Assembly (NCBI GenBank): GCA_035292445.1
Contig: DATDQB010000008.1
Location: 40,033 to 104,032, forward strand
Source: Candidatus Omnitrophota bacterium
GTDB taxonomy: Bacteria; Omnitrophota; Gorgyraeia; Zapsychrales; Zapsychraceae
Length of the DNA: 64,000 nt
Direction: 5' to 3'
Positions within the stretch are counted from its first letter, which is position 1. Every line of letters starts with the position of its first letter. Shown in pieces: positions 39,471 through 49,632 of this stretch. The position numbers and the translations under genes are program-made. The notes under the pieces are model-generated. The model searched no databases. It was not told the origin of the DNA and saw nothing but the letters and a program-made list of their open reading frames with translations.

Positions 39471-39890
39471 ATGGGTAAAAAGAAAATGGTCAAACAAATG
39501 ACACAAGAACGACGCTTCTGGGTTCGCGCCAAACGCGTGCTCAGCATTCAATATCGGCTCGTCAAGAGCCGTAGGAAAAACTTGGACACTTCTTGGCATT
39601 TATCCATGACTGAGGACATGAGCTACGGCGGTTTATCCTTTTATACGGACCAGGAATATAAAAAAGGGGAAGTGCTGGAACTTCATGTCGTGATGTCCGG
39701 CATCCTTGATATTTTTAATGGCTTCGGTAAAGTGGTGCGCGCGCAACGCAAGGCCACGGGAAGTTATTTTTTGACCGCCGTTGAGTTTGTCGAGAGGACA
39801 AGAAGGCGCGGGGCAAAATCCTACCAATCATCTCATCAAAGAAAATCCGCCAGGACGAAACTCTCATCCCGCAAGAGAAAACGCGTTTAA
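39471..39890 (+). CDS. single-domain PilZ c-di-GMP receptor protein
   Basis: The RxxxR motif is ERRFWVRAKR. The D/NxSxGG motif is EDMSYGGLSF. Confidence 0.6.
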   Translation: MGKKKMVKQMTQERRFWVRAKRVLSIQYRLVKSRRKNLDTSWHLSMTEDMSYGGLSFYTDQEYKKGEVLELHVVMSGILDIFNGFGKVVRAQRKATGSYFLTAVEFVERTRRRGAKSYQSSHQRKSARTKLSSRKRKRV

Positions 39891-41263
<1,373 letters not shown>

Positions 41264-41267
<4 letters not shown>

Positions 41268-41578
41268 TTTTTCCCTCCGGGAGCTGTTGGCGTTTCTTTC
41301 TTCTTGAACATGGCCAGCATGCGGTCCGTCACCAGATAGCCGCCAACGACGTTGATCATGGCAAAGATCACCCCCACGAACCCTAAACTGTAGGTGAAAG
41401 AATTGCCTACCCCGCCGGCAGCAATGAGCGCTCCAACGATCGTGATGCCTGAAATCGCGTTCGCTGCTGACATTAAAGGCGTGTGAAGGGTGGCCGGCAC
41501 TTTTGAGATCAGCTCAACACCCAAAAAGATGGATATGGTGAAAATAAAAACCAGAATAATAAATGCGTCTATGTTCAT
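41264..41578 (-). CDS. pntAB: NAD(P) transhydrogenase alpha subunit part 2 (membrane)
   Basis: It is 104 aa with 3 TM helices, lies between pntAA and pntB, and overlaps both. Confidence 0.75.
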
Positions 41579-41581
41579 GGG

Positions 41582-42718
41582 TTATACCTTTGTCATTAAT
41601 TTTTTAATGGCCTCGTTGACGATCTCGCCTTTATGGGTGATCAGGCACCCTTTGAGAAGTTCGTTTTGCGGGTCAAGATTGAACGTCTTTTTGTCTTTAT
41701 CCCAGAATGTTTCGAAGAAATTGGTGATATTGGCCGAATACATTTGGCTGGCGTGAACGGCCACGTGGCCGGGCAAATTACCAAGCCCGATGAGGCGCAC
41801 GCCGTTGACGATCACTTCTTCATCGAGCTTTGAGCCTTCCACATTGCCGCCGGTTTCGACAGCCATGTCAACGATGATGCTGCCCGGTTTCATGCCGGCG
41901 ACCATATCTTTGGTAACAATCACGGGCGCTTTGCGTCCAAAAATCTGGGCGGTCGTAATAACAATGTCAGAATTGGCGCATACTTTAGCCATGCCGTCGC
42001 GTTGTTTTTTTAATTGTTCCGGTGTCAATTCTTTGGCGTAACCGTCTTTGGTCTCGCCCGTTTCGCCCAGATCGATCTTTATGAATTTAGCGCCCAAGGA
42101 TTGGACCTGTTCTTCAACGATAGGGCGGGTGTCAAAAGCTTCCACGCGCGCGCCCAAACGTTTGGCGGTCGCGATTGCCTGCAGGCCAGCCACACCGGCA
42201 CCAATAACAAATACGCGGGCGGGGGTGATCGTTCCTGCCGGGGTCATCATCATGGGAAGAATTTTATTGGAACGCTCGGCCGCCAAAACGACCGCCACGT
42301 AACCGGCCAAATTGGCTTGAGAGCTCAGCGCATCCATTTTCTGGGCCAACGTGGTGCGCGGGATCATTTCCATACTGATAGCGCTGATGTGGTTTTTGGC
42401 AAAGCTGTCGATCAGATCTCTTTCGTTAAACGGGTCCAGGAAGCTGACATGAATGGATTCTTTTTTAAGCTTGGCGATCTCTTCTTTAGCGGGTTTGCGA
42501 ATGCGAAAGATGATATCGGAAGAAGAAAGGACTTGCTCGCGGGAAGCCACATGGGCGCCGACTTTCGTATATTCGCCGTCGCTTATGTTGATAGAGCTTC
42601 CCAATCCAGTTTCAACGGTAATGGTAGTGCCTTTTTTGATCAATTTTTCCGCGGAAGCCGGGACAAGGGGAACACGAATTTCTTTAGAGAATATTTCTTT
42701 GGGAACGCCAATTTTCAT
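41582..42718 (-). CDS. pntAA: NAD(P) transhydrogenase alpha subunit part 1 (alanine-dehydrogenase-like dI domain)
   Basis: MKIGVPKEIFSKEIRVPLVPASAEKL starts the dI domain. The Rossmann motif is VFVIGAGVAGLQAIATAKRLGARV. Confidence 0.85.
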   Translation of the reverse strand: MKIGVPKEIFSKEIRVPLVPASAEKLIKKGTTITVETGLGSSINISDGEYTKVGAHVASREQVLSSSDIIFRIRKPAKEEIAKLKKESIHVSFLDPFNERDLIDSFAKNHISAISMEMIPRTTLAQKMDALSSQANLAGYVAVVLAAERSNKILPMMMTPAGTITPARVFVIGAGVAGLQAIATAKRLGARVEAFDTRPIVEEQVQSLGAKFIKIDLGETGETKDGYAKELTPEQLKKQRDGMAKVCANSDIVITTAQIFGRKAPVIVTKDMVAGMKPGSIIVDMAVETGGNVEGSKLDEEVIVNGVRLIGLGNLPGHVAVHASQMYSANITNFFETFWDKDKKTFNLDPQNELLKGCLITHKGEIVNEAIKKLMTKV

Positions 42719-42849
42719 ACGTTTAGAATAACAAATGAAAAAGTAAAGTCAAGGAGGAAAATGAAGAATTTGGAATTGACTTTGGACCATGTCGCATATA
42801 TATTGGGAAGAGCATTTTGCCCTAAAAATTCTCATGAAAGGATTGTACG

Positions 42850-44211
42850 ATGACCACCCTCGGGAGTGAACAACGCCCTTTACGCGTGGCTATTGTTGGT
42901 TCTGGACCTAGTGGATTATACGCCGCAGAGGCGCTTCTGCGGGGTCCGCAGAAAGTAACGGTAGATATTTTCGAACGCCTGCCAGCGCCATTTGGTTTAG
43001 TGCGCTACGGCGTTGCCCCCGACCACGCCAAGATCAAGAACGTCATCAAAGTCTATGAAAAGACCATGGAGAAAAGCAATGTTTCCTTCATCGGCAACGT
43101 TACTGTTGGCCGTGATGTCAGCGTGAATGAGCTTAAGAAATATTATGACGCGATCCTTTTTACTTGCGGCGCGGAAACGGACCGTAAATTGGATATTCCG
43201 GGGATTGATTTAGCTGGAAGCTACACGGCAACGGAATTCGTCGCCTGGTACAATGGCCGGCCGGAATACCGCGACAGAAAATTTGATTTATCCGGTGAAA
43301 TCGCCATTATCGTTGGGCAAGGGAATGTGGCGGTCGATGTTTGCCGGATCCTCTGCAAGACAGCGGAAGAATTGAAGGCCACCGACATCGCCAAACACGC
43401 GTTGGACGCGCTCGCCAAGAGCCATATTAAAGAGGTCCATATGATCGGCCGCCGCGGCCCGGCGCAGGCCGCCTTCACGCCGGTTGAGATCCGCGAATTC
43501 GGAGAGCTTGGCCATTGCGATGCGGTTATCGATCCCAAAGACCTGGAATTAAATGAAGCGAGCCAAAAAGAATTGGCAGATCCTAAAAACGCGCCCAAAA
43601 AGAAGAATTATGAAATCCTTAAAGAATTTGCGCAGCACGGCGAAAGAGGGCGCGGCAAAAAATTCGTTATCCATTTTCTTGAAAGTCCTGTTGAATTGAA
43701 GGGCGCCGGAAAAATTGAAAAACTGGTCTTAGAAAAAAACGTGCTTTCGGGGGAAGCCAATGACCAGAAGGCAACCGGAACAGGTGAGAAGGTTGAAATG
43801 AAATGTAACATTTTCTTTCGCAGCGTGGGCTATAGCGGGGTGCCTATTGTAGACGTGCCCTTTGATGAAAAAAAAGCTGTTTTCCCAAATCAACTCGGAC
43901 GCATTACAGGGGCCTCGGGCCTTTATTGCGCCGGCTGGATCAAGCGCGGGCCATCGGGCGTTATCGGCACCAACAAACCTGACAGTGAAGAGACGGTCGC
44001 TAACATTTTAGCTGATATAGGAAAGCTCACGCCATGCGCCAGCCCTGACACCAACGCGCTTCTTAATGAACTCAAGAAAAAGGGCTTACGTACCGTCAGT
44101 TTCACCGATTGGAAAAAAATCGATGCCGCCGAGATCGCCAACGGGAAAAGAAACGGAAAAACAAGGGAAAAATTTGTCAAAGTGGAAGACATGCTCGCTG
44201 TATTAAGATAA
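42850..44211 (+). CDS. NADPH:ferredoxin/adrenodoxin reductase-like flavoprotein (FprA-type)
   Basis: RVAIVGSGPSGLYAAEALL is the FAD-binding motif. A second Rossmann motif is IAIIVGQGNVAVDV. At ~453 aa it is the size of FprA. Confidence 0.7.
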   Translation: MTTLGSEQRPLRVAIVGSGPSGLYAAEALLRGPQKVTVDIFERLPAPFGLVRYGVAPDHAKIKNVIKVYEKTMEKSNVSFIGNVTVGRDVSVNELKKYYDAILFTCGAETDRKLDIPGIDLAGSYTATEFVAWYNGRPEYRDRKFDLSGEIAIIVGQGNVAVDVCRILCKTAEELKATDIAKHALDALAKSHIKEVHMIGRRGPAQAAFTPVEIREFGELGHCDAVIDPKDLELNEASQKELADPKNAPKKKNYEILKEFAQHGERGRGKKFVIHFLESPVELKGAGKIEKLVLEKNVLSGEANDQKATGTGEKVEMKCNIFFRSVGYSGVPIVDVPFDEKKAVFPNQLGRITGASGLYCAGWIKRGPSGVIGTNKPDSEETVANILADIGKLTPCASPDTNALLNELKKKGLRTVSFTDWKKIDAAEIANGKRNGKTREKFVKVEDMLAVLR

Positions 44212-44376
44212 GTTCATTTTTTTCATTGACAAAAAGGCCTTCGTCCGGCATAATTGTATCAGAGTAAATAGGGAAGATAGCTTTAGCCGCAAGGAAGAAG
44301 TGATTGTCCTCGCGGCTTTTTTATTTTGCGTCTGTCATTATTTACTTAAGTTTTTCAGAAAAGGAGGTAGTAAATA

Positions 44377-44577
44377 ATGGCAACAGGAACTGTAAAATGG
44401 TTTAGTAACGAAAAAGGTTACGGCTTTATTACACGTGAGTCAGGCCCGGATGTGTTCGTTCATCACAGCGTGATTCAAGGCGACGGCTATAAAACTTTGA
44501 CTGAAGGTCAACAAGTTGAGTTTGAAATCACCAAAGGCCCAAAAGGCGATCAAGCCGCTAACGTTGTAAAGTTATAA
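44377..44577 (+). CDS. cspA: cold-shock protein (CspA family)
   Basis: [31 protein letters not shown] carries the RNP1 (KGYGFI) and RNP2 (VFVHH) motifs. A long structured 5' UTR precedes it. Confidence 0.9.
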   Translation: MATGTVKWFSNEKGYGFITRESGPDVFVHHSVIQGDGYKTLTEGQQVEFEITKGPKGDQAANVVKL

Positions 44578-44615
44578 CTGAAAAAGTCTGGTTAAGTGAC
44601 CGGGCTTTTTATTTG

Positions 44616-44648
44616 AAAGGCCGGGATTGAGAAATCCCGGCCTTTTTT
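44616..44648. terminator. bidirectional rho-independent terminator shared by cspA (+) and the sulfite reductase gene (-)
   Basis: ggccgggat-tgagaa-atcccggcc is a 9-bp stem. It has tttttt on the + side and an A/T-rich run on the - side. Confidence 0.6.
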
Positions 44649-46476
44649 ATTCCAACATAAAATCAGCCGGAAACGGCTTGAGCATGAGATCTGCGGTTGC
44701 GGAGTTTTCTTTAAGATGGTTAATGATCGCTTCAGCGCCGATGCGCCGGTGGAAGGGGCCCATTTCCTCATTGGGTTCTTTATTTTTTTCGTAAAACTTA
44801 AATAACGTATCAATGACAACGGCACATTTGTCCCGTGGGACGGTGCGTAAGTATATTTTCTCACCATCGTCAGAGGTCAAGGGCCGTCCTTGAGTGCGGG
44901 CCGATTCTTCTCCAAATAACTTAAACATATAACGGTCCGCGCCGGTGCCGACCAAGCCGATCGTTTTGGTGGCCGGGCGGAAGCATTGGCGTTCGCAGCC
45001 CGTTATGCCGATCGATTCCTTCATATGGCCCCAGCCCATTTTTTCCAATTGGTCCAATAATTCCGGCTCGAATTGTTCTGATTCCGTGTAGGAAAGCCGG
45101 CAGGTATTAAGACCTACGCAGGCGCCGGAATGAAGGCGCAGCTGGGTGTAGGATTTTCCGTTGATCTGCCCAAACCCAAAATTTTTTAATTCGTTCTCAA
45201 AATCTTTTTTAGCGGCTTCGGGAATGTTGGTGAAAAGCGCGTCTTGATTCGGGGTCACCATGATCTCAATTGGATATTTTTCCATGGTATGGCGGATCAT
45301 GCTTTTAAGTTTTCCGTTACGGCCGGCATCGCTGATACGCCCGTTCTCTAAATAAGCGCCGTAGGCCCAAAGGCCGTTACTGGGTTGTTTGTGCCAGCCG
45401 AAGTGAAGGTGCCGTCGGCCATAATCAAGGCTTGGATCAGGTTTTCCCAGCGGGAAGCCGAGCCGGGCGCTGACTTGATCGCGGTACCAGTCAGCGCCTT
45501 TTGCTTTAATGACATATTTTAACCGCGCCCAATGGCGGTTTTCTCGGTCACCCCATTCTTCATGGACCTTAACCACCGCGTCCAATACCGGCATCAGTTG
45601 TTCTTGAGTAACAATGGCCAATGGCTTGGCGAGTGCGGCCATCGTCGGGTAGCCATTGCGTTCTCCTTGGCCACCGCCGACATACACTTGTAGATGCTCG
45701 ACCTTGCCGTTTTGCACAATGGGGGCAACGGCCAGATCATGCGTCAATAGTTCCACGCAATTATCTGGTATGAAATTGCCTGTCGTCCCATCACGATGGA
45801 CAGTAGAGAAGGCGATCTTGAACTTACGGTTGAGCATGCGTTTGCCGTATTGATACGATTCGCCGGGCTTGCGTATTTTATTAGGGTCGATCTCGAAGAC
45901 CTTAATGAACGGCTCAAGCGGAAGCTGAAAGTAAGCGCCCGCCTTTCTCGCCCATTCCCAGGCGTTAAAAACATCGGAGAAGCGCGAGAGAGGGCAGCCC
46001 ATGACATTACGCGTATTGTCGCCGCAGCCGTTCATGCTGCGCAGGTCAACCTCCGCCAATGTTCTGATGATCTCTTTTAAGGCGGATTTTTTGATCCAAT
46101 GGAATTGGATATTTTCGCGGGTCGTGAAACGGATGGAAGAATGCCCTTGCGGGTCTTTGGTATATTTTTCAGAAAGGTCATCCAAAAGCCGCCATTGCTC
46201 ACGGTTGATCGGGCCACCTCCGGGATTGCTGAAACGGATCATGTACATCCAGTCCTGGTCAAATCCCCGCCCGGGCTTATCCCGGTCAAATTCCAGGTAA
46301 ACGCCCATGGATTTAAGCATGGTCTCGACATCGGAGGTCACGTAGCCGTAATCAAGCTGCTTGAGCTGAAGCTTCATTTCCCGGTACACAAAAAGGGCGT
46401 TTTGCTTGATAACCTCAGTGCGGGTCAAGGCTTCCGTAGGTGTTTTAAAGTTCGGCGTAAATGGTTTTTTAGGCAT
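44647..46476 (-). CDS. siroheme/[4Fe-4S] ferredoxin-dependent sulfite (or nitrite) reductase hemoprotein
   Basis: The cluster cysteines are C-x5-C (GACVGLNTC) and C-x3-C (TGCERQC) with NirA/Sir-like spacing. At ~609 aa it is Sir-sized. The context (cys operon, cbiX) favours sulfite. Confidence 0.6.
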   Translation of the reverse strand: MPKKPFTPNFKTPTEALTRTEVIKQNALFVYREMKLQLKQLDYGYVTSDVETMLKSMGVYLEFDRDKPGRGFDQDWMYMIRFSNPGGGPINREQWRLLDDLSEKYTKDPQGHSSIRFTTRENIQFHWIKKSALKEIIRTLAEVDLRSMNGCGDNTRNVMGCPLSRFSDVFNAWEWARKAGAYFQLPLEPFIKVFEIDPNKIRKPGESYQYGKRMLNRKFKIAFSTVHRDGTTGNFIPDNCVELLTHDLAVAPIVQNGKVEHLQVYVGGGQGERNGYPTMAALAKPLAIVTQEQLMPVLDAVVKVHEEWGDRENRHWARLKYVIKAKGADWYRDQVSARLGFPLGKPDPSLDYGRRHLHFGWHKQPSNGLWAYGAYLENGRISDAGRNGKLKSMIRHTMEKYPIEIMVTPNQDALFTNIPEAAKKDFENELKNFGFGQINGKSYTQLRLHSGACVGLNTCRLSYTESEQFEPELLDQLEKMGWGHMKESIGITGCERQCFRPATKTIGLVGTGADRYMFKLFGEESARTQGRPLTSDDGEKIYLRTVPRDKCAVVIDTLFKFYEKNKEPNEEMGPFHRRIGAEAIINHLKENSATADLMLKPFPADFMLE

Positions 46477-46594
46477 CGACGGTTCTTTCCTTGAAGAGGA
46501 TTTAGAATATCTTATCTAATGGGAAAGTAAAGTCAATACCTTTTTGCCCGTATAAGCATTAGGAAATTCCACTTCTTTGTATTAAAATGTAAGT

Positions 46595-47686
46595 ATGATC
46601 AAACAGGATACACAGCATTTCCCGGGCCGTTGGTGGCAGAAGCTGGAAGGGGAGCAGATCCTCTGCAACCTTTGCCCGCGGCATTGCAAAATACATGAAG
46701 GCCAGCGCGGATTTTGTTTCGTCCGCCAAAATATCGGTGGTGAAATGGTCTTAACCACGTACGGGCGCAGCAGCGGTTTTTGCATCGACCCGGTCGAGAA
46801 AAAACCGCTTAATCATTTTTATCCCGGCACGAGCATTTTATCTTTTGGCACCGCTGGGTGCAATTTAGGGTGTAAATTTTGCCAGAACTGGGACATCAGC
46901 AAATCCCGCGAATTTGACAAGCTTGCTGATAGCGCCAGCCCCCAAACGATCGCGCGCGCCGCCAAGCAATTGGGTTGTAAAAGCGTCGCCTTCACTTATA
47001 ATGATCCGGTTATTTTTGCCGAATATGCCATCGATATCGCCAAGGAATGCCATAAGCTGGATGTCAAAACAGTGGCTGTCACCGCCGGCTATATCACGCA
47101 GGAAGCCATCGGGGAATTTTATGAGCACATGGATGCAGCCAATGTAGACCTTAAAGGGTTCACGGAAGATTTTTACAAAAATATCACGCTCGGGGCTTTG
47201 CAGGATGTGTTGAATACGCTCGTTTTCTTGAAACACAAAACAAATGTTTGGTTCGAGATCACGACGCTTCTAATTCCCGGTGAGAACGATTCTGCCGAAG
47301 AGATCGATAAAGAAACACGCTGGATCAAAGAAAATTTAGGGCCTGATGTGCCGCTTCATTTCACCGCGTTCCACCCCGATTACCGGATGCTGGATAAGCC
47401 CAACACACCGACGCAAACGCTTACCCGGTCACGGGACATCGCCCTCGCTAACGGCCTGCATTACGTCTACACAGGCAACGTCCACGACCCTCGAGGCTCC
47501 AGCACGTATTGCCCCCAGTGCGGGCAAATCCTTATTGAACGTGATTGGTATGTTTTGGGGGTCTGCAATCTTAAAAATAAAAATCAATGCTCCCAATGCG
47601 GCAATGTTGTTCCCGGGCATTTCGAAGGCAAGCTGGGAACATGGGGAGCGAAAAGGTTGCCCGTGCGCTTATCGGAATTTACATAA
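46595..47686 (+). CDS. AmmeMemoRadiSam-system radical SAM enzyme (AmrS-like)
   Basis: The N-terminal motif is CNLCPRHCKI. The radical-SAM motif GCNLGCKFCQNW has the CxxxCxxC spacing. The C-terminal CPQCG…CSQCG pairs are present. Confidence 0.7.
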   Translation: MIKQDTQHFPGRWWQKLEGEQILCNLCPRHCKIHEGQRGFCFVRQNIGGEMVLTTYGRSSGFCIDPVEKKPLNHFYPGTSILSFGTAGCNLGCKFCQNWDISKSREFDKLADSASPQTIARAAKQLGCKSVAFTYNDPVIFAEYAIDIAKECHKLDVKTVAVTAGYITQEAIGEFYEHMDAANVDLKGFTEDFYKNITLGALQDVLNTLVFLKHKTNVWFEITTLLIPGENDSAEEIDKETRWIKENLGPDVPLHFTAFHPDYRMLDKPNTPTQTLTRSRDIALANGLHYVYTGNVHDPRGSSTYCPQCGQILIERDWYVLGVCNLKNKNQCSQCGNVVPGHFEGKLGTWGAKRLPVRLSEFT

Positions 47687-47750
47687 TTTGTGAATTCCCC
47701 CTTACCAAATTATAAAAACGGGCGTATACTACAATTAAACAGGAGCGAGC

Positions 47751-48158
47751 ATGATCGCCGTTAAGACCGTCATGACAACGGACGTTAAATATGTAACCCC
47801 GGACACGCCTATTTACGAAGCTCTCGATATTTTACAAAAATTCCACATCAGCGGATTACCGGTCGTTAACGGCAACATGGAGGTGGTCGGGCTGCTGTCC
47901 CAAAAGGATGTGCTGGAGATCCTGATCGACAAGAACCTTGATGTCAAAAATAAAGTGGGCGATTACATGACGCGGGAGGTTATTTGTTTTGAGGAAAACG
48001 ACAATGTCGTTGATATCTGTAAATTCTTTATCAAAAGCAACATTCGCCGCGTTCCCATTGTCCGCAACGGGAAATTGATCGGCATTGTCAGCCGCCGGGA
48101 TATCGTTACCGTTATTTTGGAGGCCAGAAGCAGGCTCAGCAATTTCCGCTACGACTAA
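47751..48158 (+). CDS. tandem CBS-domain protein
   Basis: Two CBS motifs are present (…ISGLPVVNGNMEVVGLLSQKDVL… and …IRRVPIVRNGKLIGIVSRRDIV…). Confidence 0.7.
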   Translation: MIAVKTVMTTDVKYVTPDTPIYEALDILQKFHISGLPVVNGNMEVVGLLSQKDVLEILIDKNLDVKNKVGDYMTREVICFEENDNVVDICKFFIKSNIRRVPIVRNGKLIGIVSRRDIVTVILEARSRLSNFRYD

Positions 48159-48231
48159 ATTCCCCGTCTAATGTGTTGACAAAATCAATTCCCGCCATAA
48201 AATCAAAAATAGAGCATCAACCGGTAAAACA

Positions 48232-48801
48232 ATGTCACCCCAAACCATTAATAAAGAAGAATTAGCCGAGACATTCCGCCGTTGCGTTCAAAGGTCTTTG
48301 GAACAATACTGCCAGGTCGTTTTTACGAAGGACCCCAAGGTCGAGCAGTTGGACCTCATTGAATACGAGAGCCGCATGCGTATTTTCGGCCTGGAGAAAT
48401 TTAACGGCACGTGCTACATCTCCCTGGTCAATCTTTACGAATCGCCGCTGGAGGCCGAACACAAAGACCCTTGCGGCGTTCTTTTAGTTTATGTCGAAGA
48501 GGAGAATGCCGAACGCCTTTTCAAGGCCTTGTTAAAAGGCGTCCAGGGAGAAGACGAAGAATTGATCGCGGAGAATACCCAAAAATTATGTATTGCCGTC
48601 TTTGAGCAGCTTAAAAAGGAATTGAGCCAATTCGGCTATCCCGGTATTTTGATGTCTGCGCCGGAAAATTATTTAAGCAATGCCGAACAGGGCGTTGATT
48701 TCCCGTACGATGAAGACACGCTGTACCAAGTCAGCTGCATTCTTTGGCGGGAGAAAATTGTGGTGGCGGAACTCGTCCTCGCATCGGCCAAACACGGATA
48801 A
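48232..48801 (+). CDS. hypothetical protein
   Basis: It is a 189-aa ORF with good coding character. No motif is recognised, and the AMMECR1 LRGCIG motif is absent. Confidence 0.3.
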   Translation: MSPQTINKEELAETFRRCVQRSLEQYCQVVFTKDPKVEQLDLIEYESRMRIFGLEKFNGTCYISLVNLYESPLEAEHKDPCGVLLVYVEEENAERLFKALLKGVQGEDEELIAENTQKLCIAVFEQLKKELSQFGYPGILMSAPENYLSNAEQGVDFPYDEDTLYQVSCILWREKIVVAELVLASAKHG

Positions 48802-48806
48802 AGCGC

Positions 48807-48983
48807 ATGACACTTTTCTACAACCCTAAAACAAGAAAGACCCACCCGTGGGTTTTTACCGTTTTTGTCATTATGCCTCTTTTATTGACAGCAGTGGCCG
48901 TTTATTACGGCCAGCAGCATATGAAGAAAAAGATGGAAGAAGAAAAACGAAAAGCCCAAACGGACGTTTTTGAGAAGTTCTAA
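48807..48983 (+). CDS. small membrane protein (one TM)
   Basis: VFTVFVIMPLLLTAVAVYYG is a TM helix followed by a KKKMEEEKRK tail. The start was set at ATG 48807. Confidence 0.25.
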   Translation: MTLFYNPKTRKTHPWVFTVFVIMPLLLTAVAVYYGQQHMKKKMEEEKRKAQTDVFEKF

Positions 48984-49077
48984 AAAGCCCACCCCAAGGC
49001 CATTCCGTTTTTTCTGTTGAAGTCGACCCCGCTTAAGTGTAGAATCTTGAGAAATATTAATATATCTCTATATACTT

Positions 49078-49617
49078 ATGAGATTTACTACAGATAAGTC
49101 GGTTTTATTGGTCATCGATGTACAGGGAAAGCTGGCCCACCTGATGCATCAAAAAGACGAACTTTTTCGCAATCTCCAAACGCTTATTAAGGCGGCCCAC
49201 CTTTTTGCCATTCCCGTACTTTTAACGGAGCAGGCCCCGCAGAAAATCGGAGAGACGATCGAGGAAATTAAACAGGTTTTGAAAGAGAAACCTATCGGTA
49301 AAACAGCGTTTAGCTGTTGCGGGGAAGATGAATTTGTCCGTCGCCTTCGAGCGCTTAAAAGAAAACAAATCATCGTTTGTGGCATTGAAACGCACGTGTG
49401 CGTTTATCAAACCGTATGCGACTTGCGTGAAATGCAATACGAGGTCCAGGTTGTGGCTAATGCCGTTTCTTCAAGGGTTGAAGAAAACAAAAATTTAGCG
49501 CTGGGGCGCATACAATTAACGGGAGCCACTTTAACTAGCACAGAAATGCTGATCTGCGAGCTGATGAAGGGGGCGGATCATCCGAAATTCAAAGAAGTCA
49601 TGGGTCTAATCAAATAA
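49078..49617 (+). CDS. isochorismatase-family hydrolase
   Basis: LLVIDVQGKLA matches the isochorismatase/YcaC N-terminal motif. The catalytic Cys lies in GIETHVCVYQT. Confidence 0.7.
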   Translation: MRFTTDKSVLLVIDVQGKLAHLMHQKDELFRNLQTLIKAAHLFAIPVLLTEQAPQKIGETIEEIKQVLKEKPIGKTAFSCCGEDEFVRRLRALKRKQIIVCGIETHVCVYQTVCDLREMQYEVQVVANAVSSRVEENKNLALGRIQLTGATLTSTEMLICELMKGADHPKFKEVMGLIK

Positions 49618-49632
49618 TACAAGGAGCGCCTT

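Noticed and set aside
42014-42853. 279-aa plus-strand ORF, plus several 60-130-aa ORFs overlapping pntAA and pntB
   Set aside because: They lie antisense to, or out of frame within, well-supported transhydrogenase genes. They are H/G/R-rich with no motifs, so they are spurious.
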